Assembly (NCBI GenBank): GCA_037441385.1 | Contig: JBBISH010000002.1 | Location: 108,397-172,396 of the forward strand | Source: Myxococcales bacterium | Lineage (GTDB): Bacteria > Myxococcota_A > UBA9042 | DNA: 64,000 nucleotides | Reading direction: 5' to 3' | Shown: one piece after another, positions 48,857-57,884 of the stretch | Position numbering within the stretch: the first letter of the stretch is position 1 | How the letters are laid out: each line of letters starts with the position of its first letter | The notes under the pieces: model-generated | The model's database searches: none | The model's input: the letters and a program-made list of their open reading frames with translations, nothing else | Told to the model about the DNA's origin: nothing | Made by a program: the position numbers and the translations under genes

Positions 48857-49815
48857 CGACCAGCCAACCGCCCGACCACGTTGCGTACGTCGAGAAAGCG
48901 CCAGTTCGACGGCAGTTCCCACGCTTCGGGCGCCGCCAGGCGCAGGGTTTCGGCCACAGCAGCCGGTAGTGCGTCGCTGTCGCCGCTGTGCACCTTGACG
49001 GCCAAACCCAGGTCGCGTGCGGGCAACGCCATGCAAAATACCCCTTGGGCGCCGATTTTGGCGGCCAGCGGTTCGCGCGCGTGGCGCACCACCGAGGCGT
49101 CAAAGCGATCCGTACCCGAAGTGAGCAGCGGGTGCTCGGCCATGGCCCGACCAATTGCGCCCAGCCGCGTGGGATCGTCCTCGGCCGCCATCGCCCGCGC
49201 CACCCGCCACCAGCCGTGGGCGATCGCGGTCAGTGGAAGGCAAAATGTGGGAACGCCACAGCCGTCCAGCGCCAGCTTGGGGTTCACGGTCGTCCACTCG
49301 GCCACGCGCTCGGCCACATACCGCTGCAGGGGATGCTCGGGGGGCCGATAGTCGCTGCTCCAGCCCTGCCGAGCCGCCGCCGCCAGCATGAATGCGTGCT
49401 TGCCCGAGCAGTTGTTGTGAATGGCCGAGAACTCTTTGTTTTGGCGCAGGATCTTCTCCGCGCTGGCCGTGTGCACGGGCGGGTGGGTGCCGCACAGCAA
49501 GCCGTGCTCGGCCACGTCGAAGCGCGCCAGTACCTCGCGAACCCAGTGCACATGCTCGGGCTCGCCCGAGTGCGACGCGGCACCGATGGCCAATTCTTCT
49601 GGCCGCACCTTGGGATAGCCCAGCAGGTCCAGCGAGCATGCCAACTGGAACGGCTTGGCCGCCGACCGCCATGTGGTCCAGACATCGTCGCCGGCCTGCC
49701 ACTCGATCCGGCCCGCGCGCACGGCCACGGCCGACCACGGGTGACGGGTCTCGATGCAGGTGTCCAGATCGTCCGCTCCGGCCAAACCGCCGCGCATCTG
49801 CAGGATTTCGGGCAT
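48841..49815 (-). CDS. L-asparaginase II (Rhizobium/class 3 type)
   Basis: RSAAKPFQ, ASHSGE..H, NNCSGKH, DGCGVP, AKIGAQG, KVHSG. Confidence 0.9.
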   Translation of the reverse strand: MPEILQMRGGLAGADDLDTCIETRHPWSAVAVRAGRIEWQAGDDVWTTWRSAAKPFQLACSLDLLGYPKVRPEELAIGAASHSGEPEHVHWVREVLARFDVAEHGLLCGTHPPVHTASAEKILRQNKEFSAIHNNCSGKHAFMLAAAARQGWSSDYRPPEHPLQRYVAERVAEWTTVNPKLALDGCGVPTFCLPLTAIAHGWWRVARAMAAEDDPTRLGAIGRAMAEHPLLTSGTDRFDASVVRHAREPLAAKIGAQGVFCMALPARDLGLAVKVHSGDSDALPAAVAETLRLAAPEAWELPSNWRFLDVRNVVGRLAGRYVAG

Positions 49816-50005
49816 GATGGCTGTCTGCCGTGGCGTGGGTGCCAGGCCCAAGCTATGCGGCTTGCGGCGCGAGCGCAAGACCGCGACCAGGCAAGGGGCG
49901 CCCCGTCCTGGGTGCCGCGAGTGATCCTGCGGCCGTACGAAAAAGTTGACGATAGTCGGCGTTGCGCGACCCTTGCGCTGCGCCCGTTGGCGCCCGAGCA
50001 AGCTC

Positions 50006-50914
50006 ATGGCCGTCGTGCACGATTTGGGTCAACGTCTTCGCCAGGTTGTGGGGGGTATGGTGCCCAACCCGACCCAGGCTTGGAATCCGAGCCCGGCCTC
50101 CGTGCCGTTTGCCCAAACCAGCCCGATGCGGGCGCAAGTCATCGCCGTTGCTGCGCAAAAGGGCGGTGTGGGCAAGACCACCACCGCCGTGCACTTGGCG
50201 GCGGGCCTGGCCGAAATCCACGGACTCTCGGTGTTGCTGGTCGACTTGGACGCCCAGGGCCATGTCGCGTCGTCGCTGCGCGCGCATGTCCGCGCCACTT
50301 CTGAGCAAAGCCTGACCCAGACGCTCCTGAGCTTGGACCCAGACCTGTTGCCGGCCACTTTGCCGACCACCATCCCCGGCCTGCACGTTACGGGCGCCGA
50401 CAAGCAATTAGCCAGCGCAGAGGCGCAGTTAGCTGCTCGAATGGGCCGCGAGATGATCTTGGCACGGGCGTTGCGCGGTGCACGCGGCGGCTACGACGTC
50501 ATCGTGCTCGACTGTCCGCCGAACCTGGGCCTGTTGACCTTGAACGCGCTGTTCGCCGCCGACCACCTGCTGGTGCCGTGCGACCTGTCGGTCCTGGCGC
50601 TGGAGGGCGTCGACGACGTGATGCGCACCCTGCAGAACCTGCAGCTGATGTTCGGCCGCGCCCCGGCGCTGCTCGGCCTGCTGCACACCCGCGTCGACCG
50701 CCGCAACCCCAAGCAAAACGCCGCGATTCGCCGCGCGCTGCAGCAGTCCTACCACGGGCTGTCGCTGCAGACCGAGATTGCCACCAACACTGCGCTGCCG
50801 GGCGCCCAGCTGGCGGGCCAGACGGTGTTCGCAGCCTCGCCCGAGTCCACGGGCGCGCGCGACTACGCAGCCTTGGCCAGCGAAGTGTACGAACGCGTGA
50901 TCAAGGGCCGCTGA
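50006..50914 (+). CDS. ParA/Soj family ATPase (orphan)
   Basis: QKGGVGKTTT, VDLDAQG, LDCPPNLG, LALEG. Confidence 0.9.
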   Translation: MAVVHDLGQRLRQVVGGMVPNPTQAWNPSPASVPFAQTSPMRAQVIAVAAQKGGVGKTTTAVHLAAGLAEIHGLSVLLVDLDAQGHVASSLRAHVRATSEQSLTQTLLSLDPDLLPATLPTTIPGLHVTGADKQLASAEAQLAARMGREMILARALRGARGGYDVIVLDCPPNLGLLTLNALFAADHLLVPCDLSVLALEGVDDVMRTLQNLQLMFGRAPALLGLLHTRVDRRNPKQNAAIRRALQQSYHGLSLQTEIATNTALPGAQLAGQTVFAASPESTGARDYAALASEVYERVIKGR

Positions 50915-50963
50915 GCCGCTTGGACAGTAAGAGATCGGAAGAGCGCCGATTTTTTGGGGGAAC

Positions 50964-51470
50964 CTACGCCGCCGCGCCGGGCTTGGTCTCAGCAAAGATC
51001 GCGTCGAGCTCCACAGCCACGTCGTCCTCTTCCTGCGCGCGCGCCACGCTCAACTCTTTGATCAGCAAAGTCCGCGCCTGGTCAAGCATCTTGCGCTCGC
51101 CGAACGACAGGGCCTTGGTGTACTTCAGCACCGAAAGGTCGCGCATGACCTCGGCCACGTCGAAGATCGAACCCGTATTGATTTTCTCGACATAGCCGCG
51201 GTAGCGCCGGTTCCAGGTCACGTTGCCGCCGCCCGCGGTGCGCTCTTTCAGCACGCGGTAGATGCGCTCGACCTCGGCATTGCCGATCACCTTGCGCAGG
51301 CCGACCGAGCCGACCTTGCTGACGGGGATCATGATTTTGCGGTTGGTGTTCACCACGCGCAGCATGTACAGGATCTCAGTATTTCCAGCGATTTCCTTGG
51401 ATTCGATGGCGGTGATTTCGGCGACCCCTTGGCCCGGGTAGACAGCTCGATCTCCGATCTTGAACAGCAT
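50964..51470 (-). CDS. carD: CarD/CdnL family RNA polymerase-binding factor
   Basis: FKIGDRAVYPGQGV, IMIP, VGLR, WNRRYR, LSFGERKML. Confidence 0.93.
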   Translation of the reverse strand: MLFKIGDRAVYPGQGVAEITAIESKEIAGNTEILYMLRVVNTNRKIMIPVSKVGSVGLRKVIGNAEVERIYRVLKERTAGGGNVTWNRRYRGYVEKINTGSIFDVAEVMRDLSVLKYTKALSFGERKMLDQARTLLIKELSVARAQEEDDVAVELDAIFAETKPGAAA

Positions 51471-51645
51471 GGTGATCTCCTGACTGGCCTGAACTCTGCG
51501 AAACCCTATCTCTATGCTCAACTTCCTGCCTGGGCGGCTCAAGGCTTTGTGCGGTGACTCGACCACCGAACTGCTGGCGCGAAGGGCCGCAGGGGCGGAA
51601 CGTCAAAGGTCCCAGTGGCGGCGGCAACGGCCTGAGCCCGGCTGA

Positions 51646-51694
51646 GGTCAGACTGAGCCGGTCAAGCTGAGCCGGTCAAACTGAGCCGGGCAAC
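51646..51694. repeat. 14-bp tandem repeat x3.5
   Basis: CTGAGCCGG[T/G]CAAN at 51653, 51667, 51681, preceded by a partial unit. Confidence 0.8.
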
Positions 51695-51853
51695 CGGCAG
51701 ACGAAGCCGCCCACTCCATCCAAACGTCGGCGCGGACTCGCGAGGGCAGGACTGGCCGGGAGCAATCCCGACCAGATGTACAGGGTAGCGGATCGCGGTC
51801 GCGCGCGCTATCAAAAAAAGCGCGGGTTGCCGGACCTTGGCAGTTCGCCTTGG

Positions 51854-52462
51854 TCAGCGCCGCAGCGGCAACCGAGCTCGCAGCGCCCGTCCAAGGGTCG
51901 CCTGGTCCAGGAACTCCAGTTCGCTGCCCTGGGGCACGCCGCTGGCAATACGGCTGACCTCGATCGGCAAATTCCGCAGCAGACCAAGCAGGTACGACGC
52001 GGTCGCTTCCCCCTCGACCGAGATCGAGGTCGCGACGATGAGCTCGCTGGGCGGGGCGGCGGCGACGCGGGCGACCAGTTCGGCCAGCCGCAGATCGCGC
52101 GGCCCTACTCCGCGCAGGGGCGACAGGGCCCCGCCAAGCACATGATATAGGCCACGAAATTCACCCGATCGCTCGATCGCCAACAGATCAGCCACTTCCT
52201 CGACCACGCAGAGCAGCTGCGGATCGCGGTGGGGGCTGCTGCAGATACGGCAGAGCTCGGACTCTGCCAAGTGGAAGCATTGCTTACAGAAATGCACTTC
52301 GTCGTGCAGCCCGGCTAGGGCCTCGGCCATGCCCTTGGCGTAGTCGGCAGGCTGGGCAAGCACATGCAGCGCCAGACGTTGCGCCGAGCGCTCGCCCACG
52401 CCGGGCAGACGCCCAAGCAAGCGCGCCAGCCGTTCGACCGCCAGAGGCAGCGATGCGTCCAT
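51854..52462 (-). CDS. recR: Recombination mediator RecR
   Basis: LPGVGERSAQRLA, C4 zinc finger, CVVEE, YHVLGG, EGEATA, GVPQGSELE. Confidence 0.97.
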   Translation of the reverse strand: MDASLPLAVERLARLLGRLPGVGERSAQRLALHVLAQPADYAKGMAEALAGLHDEVHFCKQCFHLAESELCRICSSPHRDPQLLCVVEEVADLLAIERSGEFRGLYHVLGGALSPLRGVGPRDLRLAELVARVAAAPPSELIVATSISVEGEATASYLLGLLRNLPIEVSRIASGVPQGSELEFLDQATLGRALRARLPLRR

Positions 52463-52474
52463 GGGCGTTGGGTC

Positions 52475-54256
52475 CTAGTGCGGGTTGGAGTCGTCGAGGT
52501 AGACGCGGCTGATGGTGCCGCCAAAGGCCGTCATCACCGCCTGTACGGCTGGGAGCCGACGCAGCGAGGCCTCTGAAACTTGGCGTTTCTCTTCGCGATC
52601 GCGGCCGCTCTTTGCGACCAAGCTGTCGGTGCGGGCCCGACTGTCCATCATCGCGCCCACCTGCCAGTGGCCGCCCCAGAGCAACCCAGCGGCCTGACTG
52701 AACAAGTCCAGAACTTCGGGTCGTCCGGCCTGACCGACCAAGAATTCGTTCGCCCAGCCCAGCTGCAGCGTGCGCCCCTTGCACGACGCCACCACCGCCT
52801 GGTCCAGCAACGACGACTCGATGGGCCGTTGCAGGCGCTGGGCCACCGCGGCCGTAAGCGCCGGAAGGTCGGCGTCGCCCACCACTTTCACCGCCGCCGC
52901 GCCTGGACTGGGGCCAGGGTCGCTCGCGCGCACCCCAACGGCCACGGGCCGCAACACGCCGCCGGGATCGCTCGCAGGGGCCGCCTGGGCGCTGCGCGGA
53001 CTTGCCCCGTACCCCCCTGAACGACCGTAGCTTCCACCAACAGCGCCACCGGCCGGAGCGCCGCTCGCGGCCCCACCACCTTGACGCGAGCCGGGAACCG
53101 CGGCCCGCGGCCCCAGGGCCAGCAAGCTCTCTACCCGGGCCGCCAATTCCGCGACATCCACCAACTGCGGCGCACGGCACAGCCGCACCAGCCCAAGTTC
53201 CAGTGCCAGCCGACCGTGGCGCGCCCGATTGACCTGTTCCGCGACCTCCAACAGCACATGACTGATGCGCTCGAGTTCGGCGACCGGCGTATTGCCCGCC
53301 AACTTCTGCAGTTCCTCCACCTCGCTGTCGGATCGGTCGACCAACTGGCGCGCCTGGGTTCCGGCCAGCTTCACCACCATGAGGTCGCGGGCGTCCAGGG
53401 CCAAGTTGCGGGCCAGCGTGCGCAAATCCATGCCATTTTCGTGCGCGGCGCCCACGGCAGCCAGCGCGGTGCCGGCGTCGCGGTCCAGCAGGCCGCGGAG
53501 CAGTTGGTGGGTGCGGGCGCGGTCCGCCACGCCCAGCAGTCCCGCTACGGTGTCGCTGTCCAACTTGGCGCCCGCAAACGCGATCACCTGGTCCAGCAGC
53601 GAAAGGGCGTCGCGCATCGAGCCGTCGCCTTCGCGAGCGATCAAATACAGCGCGTCCAAGTCGCACGCGACCTGCTCTTCTTGGCAAATCCACTCCAGCC
53701 GCTTGACCACGTCCTGCGCGCGTACTCGTTTGAAATCATAACGTTGACACCGCGAACGAATCGTCACCGGCAGCCGCTGCGGATCGGTGGTGGCCAAGAT
53801 GAAGACCACGTGTGCCGGCGGCTCCTCAAGCGTCTTCAAGAAGGCGTTGGCGGCCTGGTCGGTCAGCATGTGGGCTTCGTCGACGATGTAGACCTTGTAG
53901 CGGTCGCGGCTGGGTGCAAAGCCAACCCCGCTCCGAAGCTCGCGAATCTCGTCGATACCGCGATTGCTGGCGGCGTCGAGCTCTTGCACATCGACGCTGT
54001 TGCCGGCCGTGATCTCGCGGCAGGCCGAGCAGGTGCCGCAAGGCGTCTCGGTCGGGCCCTGCTCGCAGTTGAGCATCTTGGCCACGATCCGCGCCGTCGA
54101 CGTTTTGCCGGTCCCGCGTGCGCCGCAGAACAGCAGCGCGTGGGGAATCCGCTTCATCGCCAGGGCATTGCCCAAGGCGCGCGCGATGTGGTCTTGGCCG
54201 ACCAGCGCGGCCAACGTTTCGGGACGGTACTTGCGAGCGAGGACGAGGTAGGCCAT
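52475..54256 (-). CDS. dnaX: DNA polymerase III subunit gamma/tau
   Basis: MAYLVLARKYRP, GARGTGKTS, ELDAASNRG, DEAHML, LKTLEEPP, SRCQ, GSMRDALS. Confidence 0.97.
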   Translation of the reverse strand: MAYLVLARKYRPETLAALVGQDHIARALGNALAMKRIPHALLFCGARGTGKTSTARIVAKMLNCEQGPTETPCGTCSACREITAGNSVDVQELDAASNRGIDEIRELRSGVGFAPSRDRYKVYIVDEAHMLTDQAANAFLKTLEEPPAHVVFILATTDPQRLPVTIRSRCQRYDFKRVRAQDVVKRLEWICQEEQVACDLDALYLIAREGDGSMRDALSLLDQVIAFAGAKLDSDTVAGLLGVADRARTHQLLRGLLDRDAGTALAAVGAAHENGMDLRTLARNLALDARDLMVVKLAGTQARQLVDRSDSEVEELQKLAGNTPVAELERISHVLLEVAEQVNRARHGRLALELGLVRLCRAPQLVDVAELAARVESLLALGPRAAVPGSRQGGGAASGAPAGGAVGGSYGRSGGYGASPRSAQAAPASDPGGVLRPVAVGVRASDPGPSPGAAAVKVVGDADLPALTAAVAQRLQRPIESSLLDQAVVASCKGRTLQLGWANEFLVGQAGRPEVLDLFSQAAGLLWGGHWQVGAMMDSRARTDSLVAKSGRDREEKRQVSEASLRRLPAVQAVMTAFGGTISRVYLDDSNPH

Positions 54257-54415
54257 GCCGCGGCTTGTAGCACGCTCTGGGGCGGCTGGGCAGCGCCCAC
54301 TTCCAAAGCGGCGTGGCGGTTGGGTCTCTGCGCCCCAACGCCCGCGAGCACCGGGCGTGGTCGCGCCAACTCCCTGCAATGGACCAGGAATCGCCGATCA
54401 GGCCAAAAACAACTC

Positions 54416-54512
54416 ACGGGCAGGGCCAGCGGCACACGACACCGACGCTACCGTTGCTTCCTCTCGGACCTGGCGGGGTTTACGCGATATCGTTGCCGCT
54501 GGCGCTGCCCGC
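54416..54512 (-). ncRNA. ffs: Signal recognition particle 4.5S RNA
   Basis: Minus strand contains the domain IV core GCCAGGTCC-GAGA-GGAAGCAACGG; long terminal helix GGGCAGCGCCAGCGGCA / TGCCGCTGGCCCTGCCC; conserved position upstream of dnaX. Confidence 0.93.
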
Positions 54513-54740
54513 GAATCGGGGACCAGCTCGGTTTGTCACACAGCGTCAGCGGCTTACTTGCTGAACACTGCCGCTGCCCGCGAATCGGGGACCAGCTCGG
54601 TTTGTCACACAGCGTCAGCGGCTTACTTGCTGAACACTGCCGCTGGCGCTGCCCGCGAATCGGGGACCAGCTCGGTTTGTCACACAGCGTCAGCGGCTTA
54701 CTTGCTGAACACTGCCGCTGGCGCTGCCCGCGAATCGGGG
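54494..54740. repeat. 75-bp tandem repeat x3.4 overlapping the SRP RNA 5' arm
   Basis: Units 54494-54568 (75 bp), 54569-54637 (69 bp, 6-bp deletion), 54638-54712 (75 bp), partial 54713-54740. Confidence 0.95.
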
Positions 54741-54775
54741 GCCAGACGGATCTTGTGCTGCAGAAGCTCCGTGGG

Positions 54776-54863
54776 CGGAGAGACGGGGATTCGAACCCCG
54801 GGTACCCTTTTGGAGTACACCCGCTTTCCAGGCGAGTACCTTAAGCCACTCGGACATCTCTCC
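54776..54863 (-). tRNA. tRNA-Ser(GGA)
   Basis: GGAGAGA acceptor, anticodon loop CT-GGA-AA, long variable arm, GTTCGAATCC; CCA not encoded. Confidence 0.95.
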
Positions 54864-54998
54864 CGGTGCGCAATTGCGGGCAGGGCAATCGCGGGATGAC
54901 GGCCAGGTTCTCGCGAGCGACTCGCCAAGGAAATCGGCCGCCTGGTGGGGCTTCTGCATGTCGAACTACACGATGCGACGTGTGATTGCGCTCGCAAC

Positions 54999-55088
<90 letters not shown>

Positions 55089-55237
55089 GTTTTGCCGCTC
55101 CGTCGCCCAGGCCAGAGGCCGGGTTGCGGGCGGAACCGGTTGCGGTCGCGACGGGCGGTGGCGCGCAGCCGGCCCGTGAGGGGCAGCAGTATAGCTACGT
55201 TGCAGGTGGGTTGCAAGGCCCGGCAGCGGCCCGCAGC

Positions 55238-55702
55238 CTAGCTGCGACTCCCGCGCAACCCTGCAAAAAATTTGGACAACAACTCGCTAGCTTCGCTGCG
55301 GCGCACACCCTCGGTCAGGATCAGCTGGTGGTTCAGGCGCTCGTCGCTGCCCAGGGCAAACAGCGAGGCGGCCGCGCCGGCTTTGGGGTCGCGGCAAGCG
55401 AACACCAGGCGGTCGATACGCGCGCTGATCGCGGCGCCCATGCACATCGGACAAGGCTCCAGCGTCACGTACAGGGTGCACTCGTTCAGCCGCCACGAAC
55501 CCAGCACCTGGCCGGCCTGGCGGAGGGCCAGCACCTCGGCATGGGCGGTCGGGTCGTGATCGCGCTCGCGCCGATTGGCGGCCACGGCGACGACTTCCCC
55601 TTCGTGCACGACGACGGCGCCGATCGGCACCTCGCCCTGCGTGCCGGCGTCCGCGGCGACGTTCAGGGCCATGTCCATGAAATCATTGTCGTCGCGCAGC
55701 AT
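55238..55702 (-). CDS. tadA: tRNA adenosine(34) deaminase TadA
   Basis: GEVPIGAVVV, DPTAHAE, YVTLEPCPMC, DPKAGA, LNH. Confidence 0.97.
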   Translation of the reverse strand: MLRDDNDFMDMALNVAADAGTQGEVPIGAVVVHEGEVVAVAANRRERDHDPTAHAEVLALRQAGQVLGSWRLNECTLYVTLEPCPMCMGAAISARIDRLVFACRDPKAGAAASLFALGSDERLNHQLILTEGVRRSEASELLSKFFAGLRGSRS

Positions 55703-55823
55703 GAGCGTCCAGCTCGCTCGGCGAACGTCGCCGAGGTGGGGCCAAAAAGAACCGTGGCCCTCGGCAAACAGGTGCGGAGGGCCACTTCTACCCGCGAGCG
55801 GGTCAGGGGTGCTGTCTTGAGGG

Positions 55824-55897
<74 letters not shown>

Positions 55898-55965
55898 GTT
55901 GTGGTCGTCCGCCTTGCGGCGGGCTACCCGGGAACTGCGCATGCGTTTGCCCAGAATCGTCTGGG

Positions 55966-56055
55966 CGGAGAGGAGGGGATTCGAACCCCTGATAGGGGTT
56001 TACCCCCTATGACGGTTTAGCAAACCGTTGCCTTCAGCCACTCGGCCACCTCTCC
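55966..56055 (-). tRNA. tRNA-Ser(GCT)
   Basis: Anticodon arm ACGGT-TTGCTAA-ACCGT, long variable arm. Confidence 0.96.
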
Positions 56056-56157
56056 GTCTTCAGCCACCTCTCTCCGTCATCGACCTGCCGCCATCCGCGG
56101 ACGGGGCCACAGGCTGATGTCGTTGACGAGTAGGTGACGGGCGTGCAGCGCGGCGGG

Positions 56158-56246
56158 CGGGAGAGGAGGGATTCGAACCCCCGGAAGCACTCTCGTACTT
56201 CGACGGTTTTCAAGACCGCTGCCATCAACCACTCGGCCACTCTCCC
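56158..56246 (-). tRNA. tRNA-Ser(TGA)
   Basis: Anticodon arm GCGGT-CTTGAAA-ACCGT, long variable arm. Confidence 0.96.
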
Positions 56247-56328
56247 TTGCGGTGCTCCCCAAGAAACCTTTGCCGCCCAGTGCTGTCTGGGCCGGTGTCT
56301 CGGCGGAACGTTCTGTCCAGGGTCCCCA

Positions 56329-56406
56329 TCCGGTGATCAAAAGTCTCCGTCCGGTGATCAAAAGTCTCCGTCCGGTGATCAAAAGTCTCCGTCCGGTGAT
56401 CGAAAG
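56329..56406. repeat. 21-bp tandem repeat x3.6
   Basis: TCCGGTGATCAAAAGTCTCCG at 56329, 56350, 56371 and a partial unit at 56392. Confidence 0.92.
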
Positions 56407-56693
56407 GGTGCATGGACGCAAGGTTCGTCAGCTACTCTGGGCACCGTCGGTGCCCATGGGGCGCAGGCGGTGCGGCATCGCAGATTTCGATTTTCTGTGG
56501 AAACAGCGGCGCTGGGGCCGGTTTCGCGCGCTGGAACCGGGCGAACCGGGCAGCGTGGGGCGGAAGTCTAGCCGGTTCACAAGGGCAGCGCAAGCCCTGT
56601 CGCCGCATTTTGGGGTTGCGCACGGCGCGCGGCAGAGGCGAGACTTGCCCTTGCTGGGCCGCTCGGCGAGCGCCCTGCCGTGGTGGGACTCCG

Positions 56694-57884
56694 ATGGACT
56701 CTTGTGAATTCGCACCGTTGCCTGTCCAAGCCTCGCTGGCCGAGTTGGCGGTGCAGGCTGGCCGTGCCGGCTCGCCGGTGCGCCAGGCCTTGACTCAGGA
56801 CCTGGCGCGCAGCAGCGGCCTGCCGCCCTGGGCGATCGAGCGGATGGTGGTTCAGTTTGCCCACGGGTGGCGTCCCGCAGCCGTGCGGCGGGCCGCGCTG
56901 CTTGCCCGCGAGGCCGGTGCACGCCGCGCCGTGGCGCAGGTGGCGGTGATCGCACCAGCGAACGTGCCCGCGGCCGCGTGGCAGGCCGTGTTGGAGCCGC
57001 TGCTCGCTGGCAGCCGGGTGCGGGTGCGTCCCAGCCGGCGCGAGCCCAAGGCAGTGCAGAACCTGTTGCTGGCGCTGCAGATCGTCGCCCCGTGGCTGGC
57101 GGATCGCTGCCAAGTCAGCCAACCGACCAGCCCGGAAGCGACCGACTGGCAGACCTGGCTGGCCGGCGTCGCCACGCTGACTGCGCAGGGCAGCAACCCG
57201 GCGATGGCGGCGATCACCCAATTGGCCCACGCCGCCGGCTTTGCAGGCACCCTGCGCCTGCACGGCGAAAGGCACTCGCTCGCCGTGATCGACGCGGCCG
57301 CCTGGCGGGCGCACGGCCCGCGGCTTGCCCGGCAACTGGCGGCTGACACGCTCGAAGTCGACGGCCGGGGCTGCATGAGCCTGCGCAGCGTGGCCTGGCT
57401 GGGCTGCCGCGGCGACGAGCTGACCGCAGTCCATGCGGGGCTGGCCGGCGCGCTCGACCGATTGACGCGTCGGTGGCCGGCAGGTCAGCGGACTCCGGGC
57501 GGCCAGGCGGCTCGCGCCTACCAACTGCAGACGCTGCGGACAGTTGCCGATCTTGGGGCGCCTGTGGTGGTGAGCGGCTACGGCGACGACTGGCTCGCCA
57601 CTGCCCGCGATCGCGCGGCGTTGACCGGGGTCTGGCCCGGGCCTGGCGGCCGCTGCCTGGCTGGACTTGCCTTTGCAGATCAGACGGATCTGTGCTCAGC
57701 CCTGCAAGGCTGGCGCGGCCAGATCGCCACGGTGGCGACGACCCTGGTGGGCCGCGACCGCTGGGAGCTTCGCGAAGCGCTGGGCGGGCCGCGCCTGTGC
57801 CGGCCGGGGCAAATGCAAGCGCCACGGCCGGATCAAGTGCACGACGGCTGGTCGCCCTTGCAAGGCTTCTACTTGGTCGACTAG
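56694..57884 (+). CDS. Acyl-CoA reductase (LuxC)-like protein
   Basis: IAPANVP, RPSRREP, QGS..AM, HGERHSL, DGRGCMS (catalytic Cys position), RLCRPGQMQAP...HDG. Confidence 0.75.
   Translation: MDSCEFAPLPVQASLAELAVQAGRAGSPVRQALTQDLARSSGLPPWAIERMVVQFAHGWRPAAVRRAALLAREAGARRAVAQVAVIAPANVPAAAWQAVLEPLLAGSRVRVRPSRREPKAVQNLLLALQIVAPWLADRCQVSQPTSPEATDWQTWLAGVATLTAQGSNPAMAAITQLAHAAGFAGTLRLHGERHSLAVIDAAAWRAHGPRLARQLAADTLEVDGRGCMSLRSVAWLGCRGDELTAVHAGLAGALDRLTRRWPAGQRTPGGQAARAYQLQTLRTVADLGAPVVVSGYGDDWLATARDRAALTGVWPGPGGRCLAGLAFADQTDLCSALQGWRGQIATVATTLVGRDRWELREALGGPRLCRPGQMQAPRPDQVHDGWSPLQGFYLVD

Noticed and set aside
52475..54256. Programmed -1 frameshift or intein in dnaX
   Set aside because: No A-AAA-AAG or long A-run seen; length and motifs are continuous
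54494..54740. CRISPR array (28-bp repeat with 47-bp spacers)
   Set aside because: Spacers are identical, the repeat is part of the SRP RNA, and no cas genes are present
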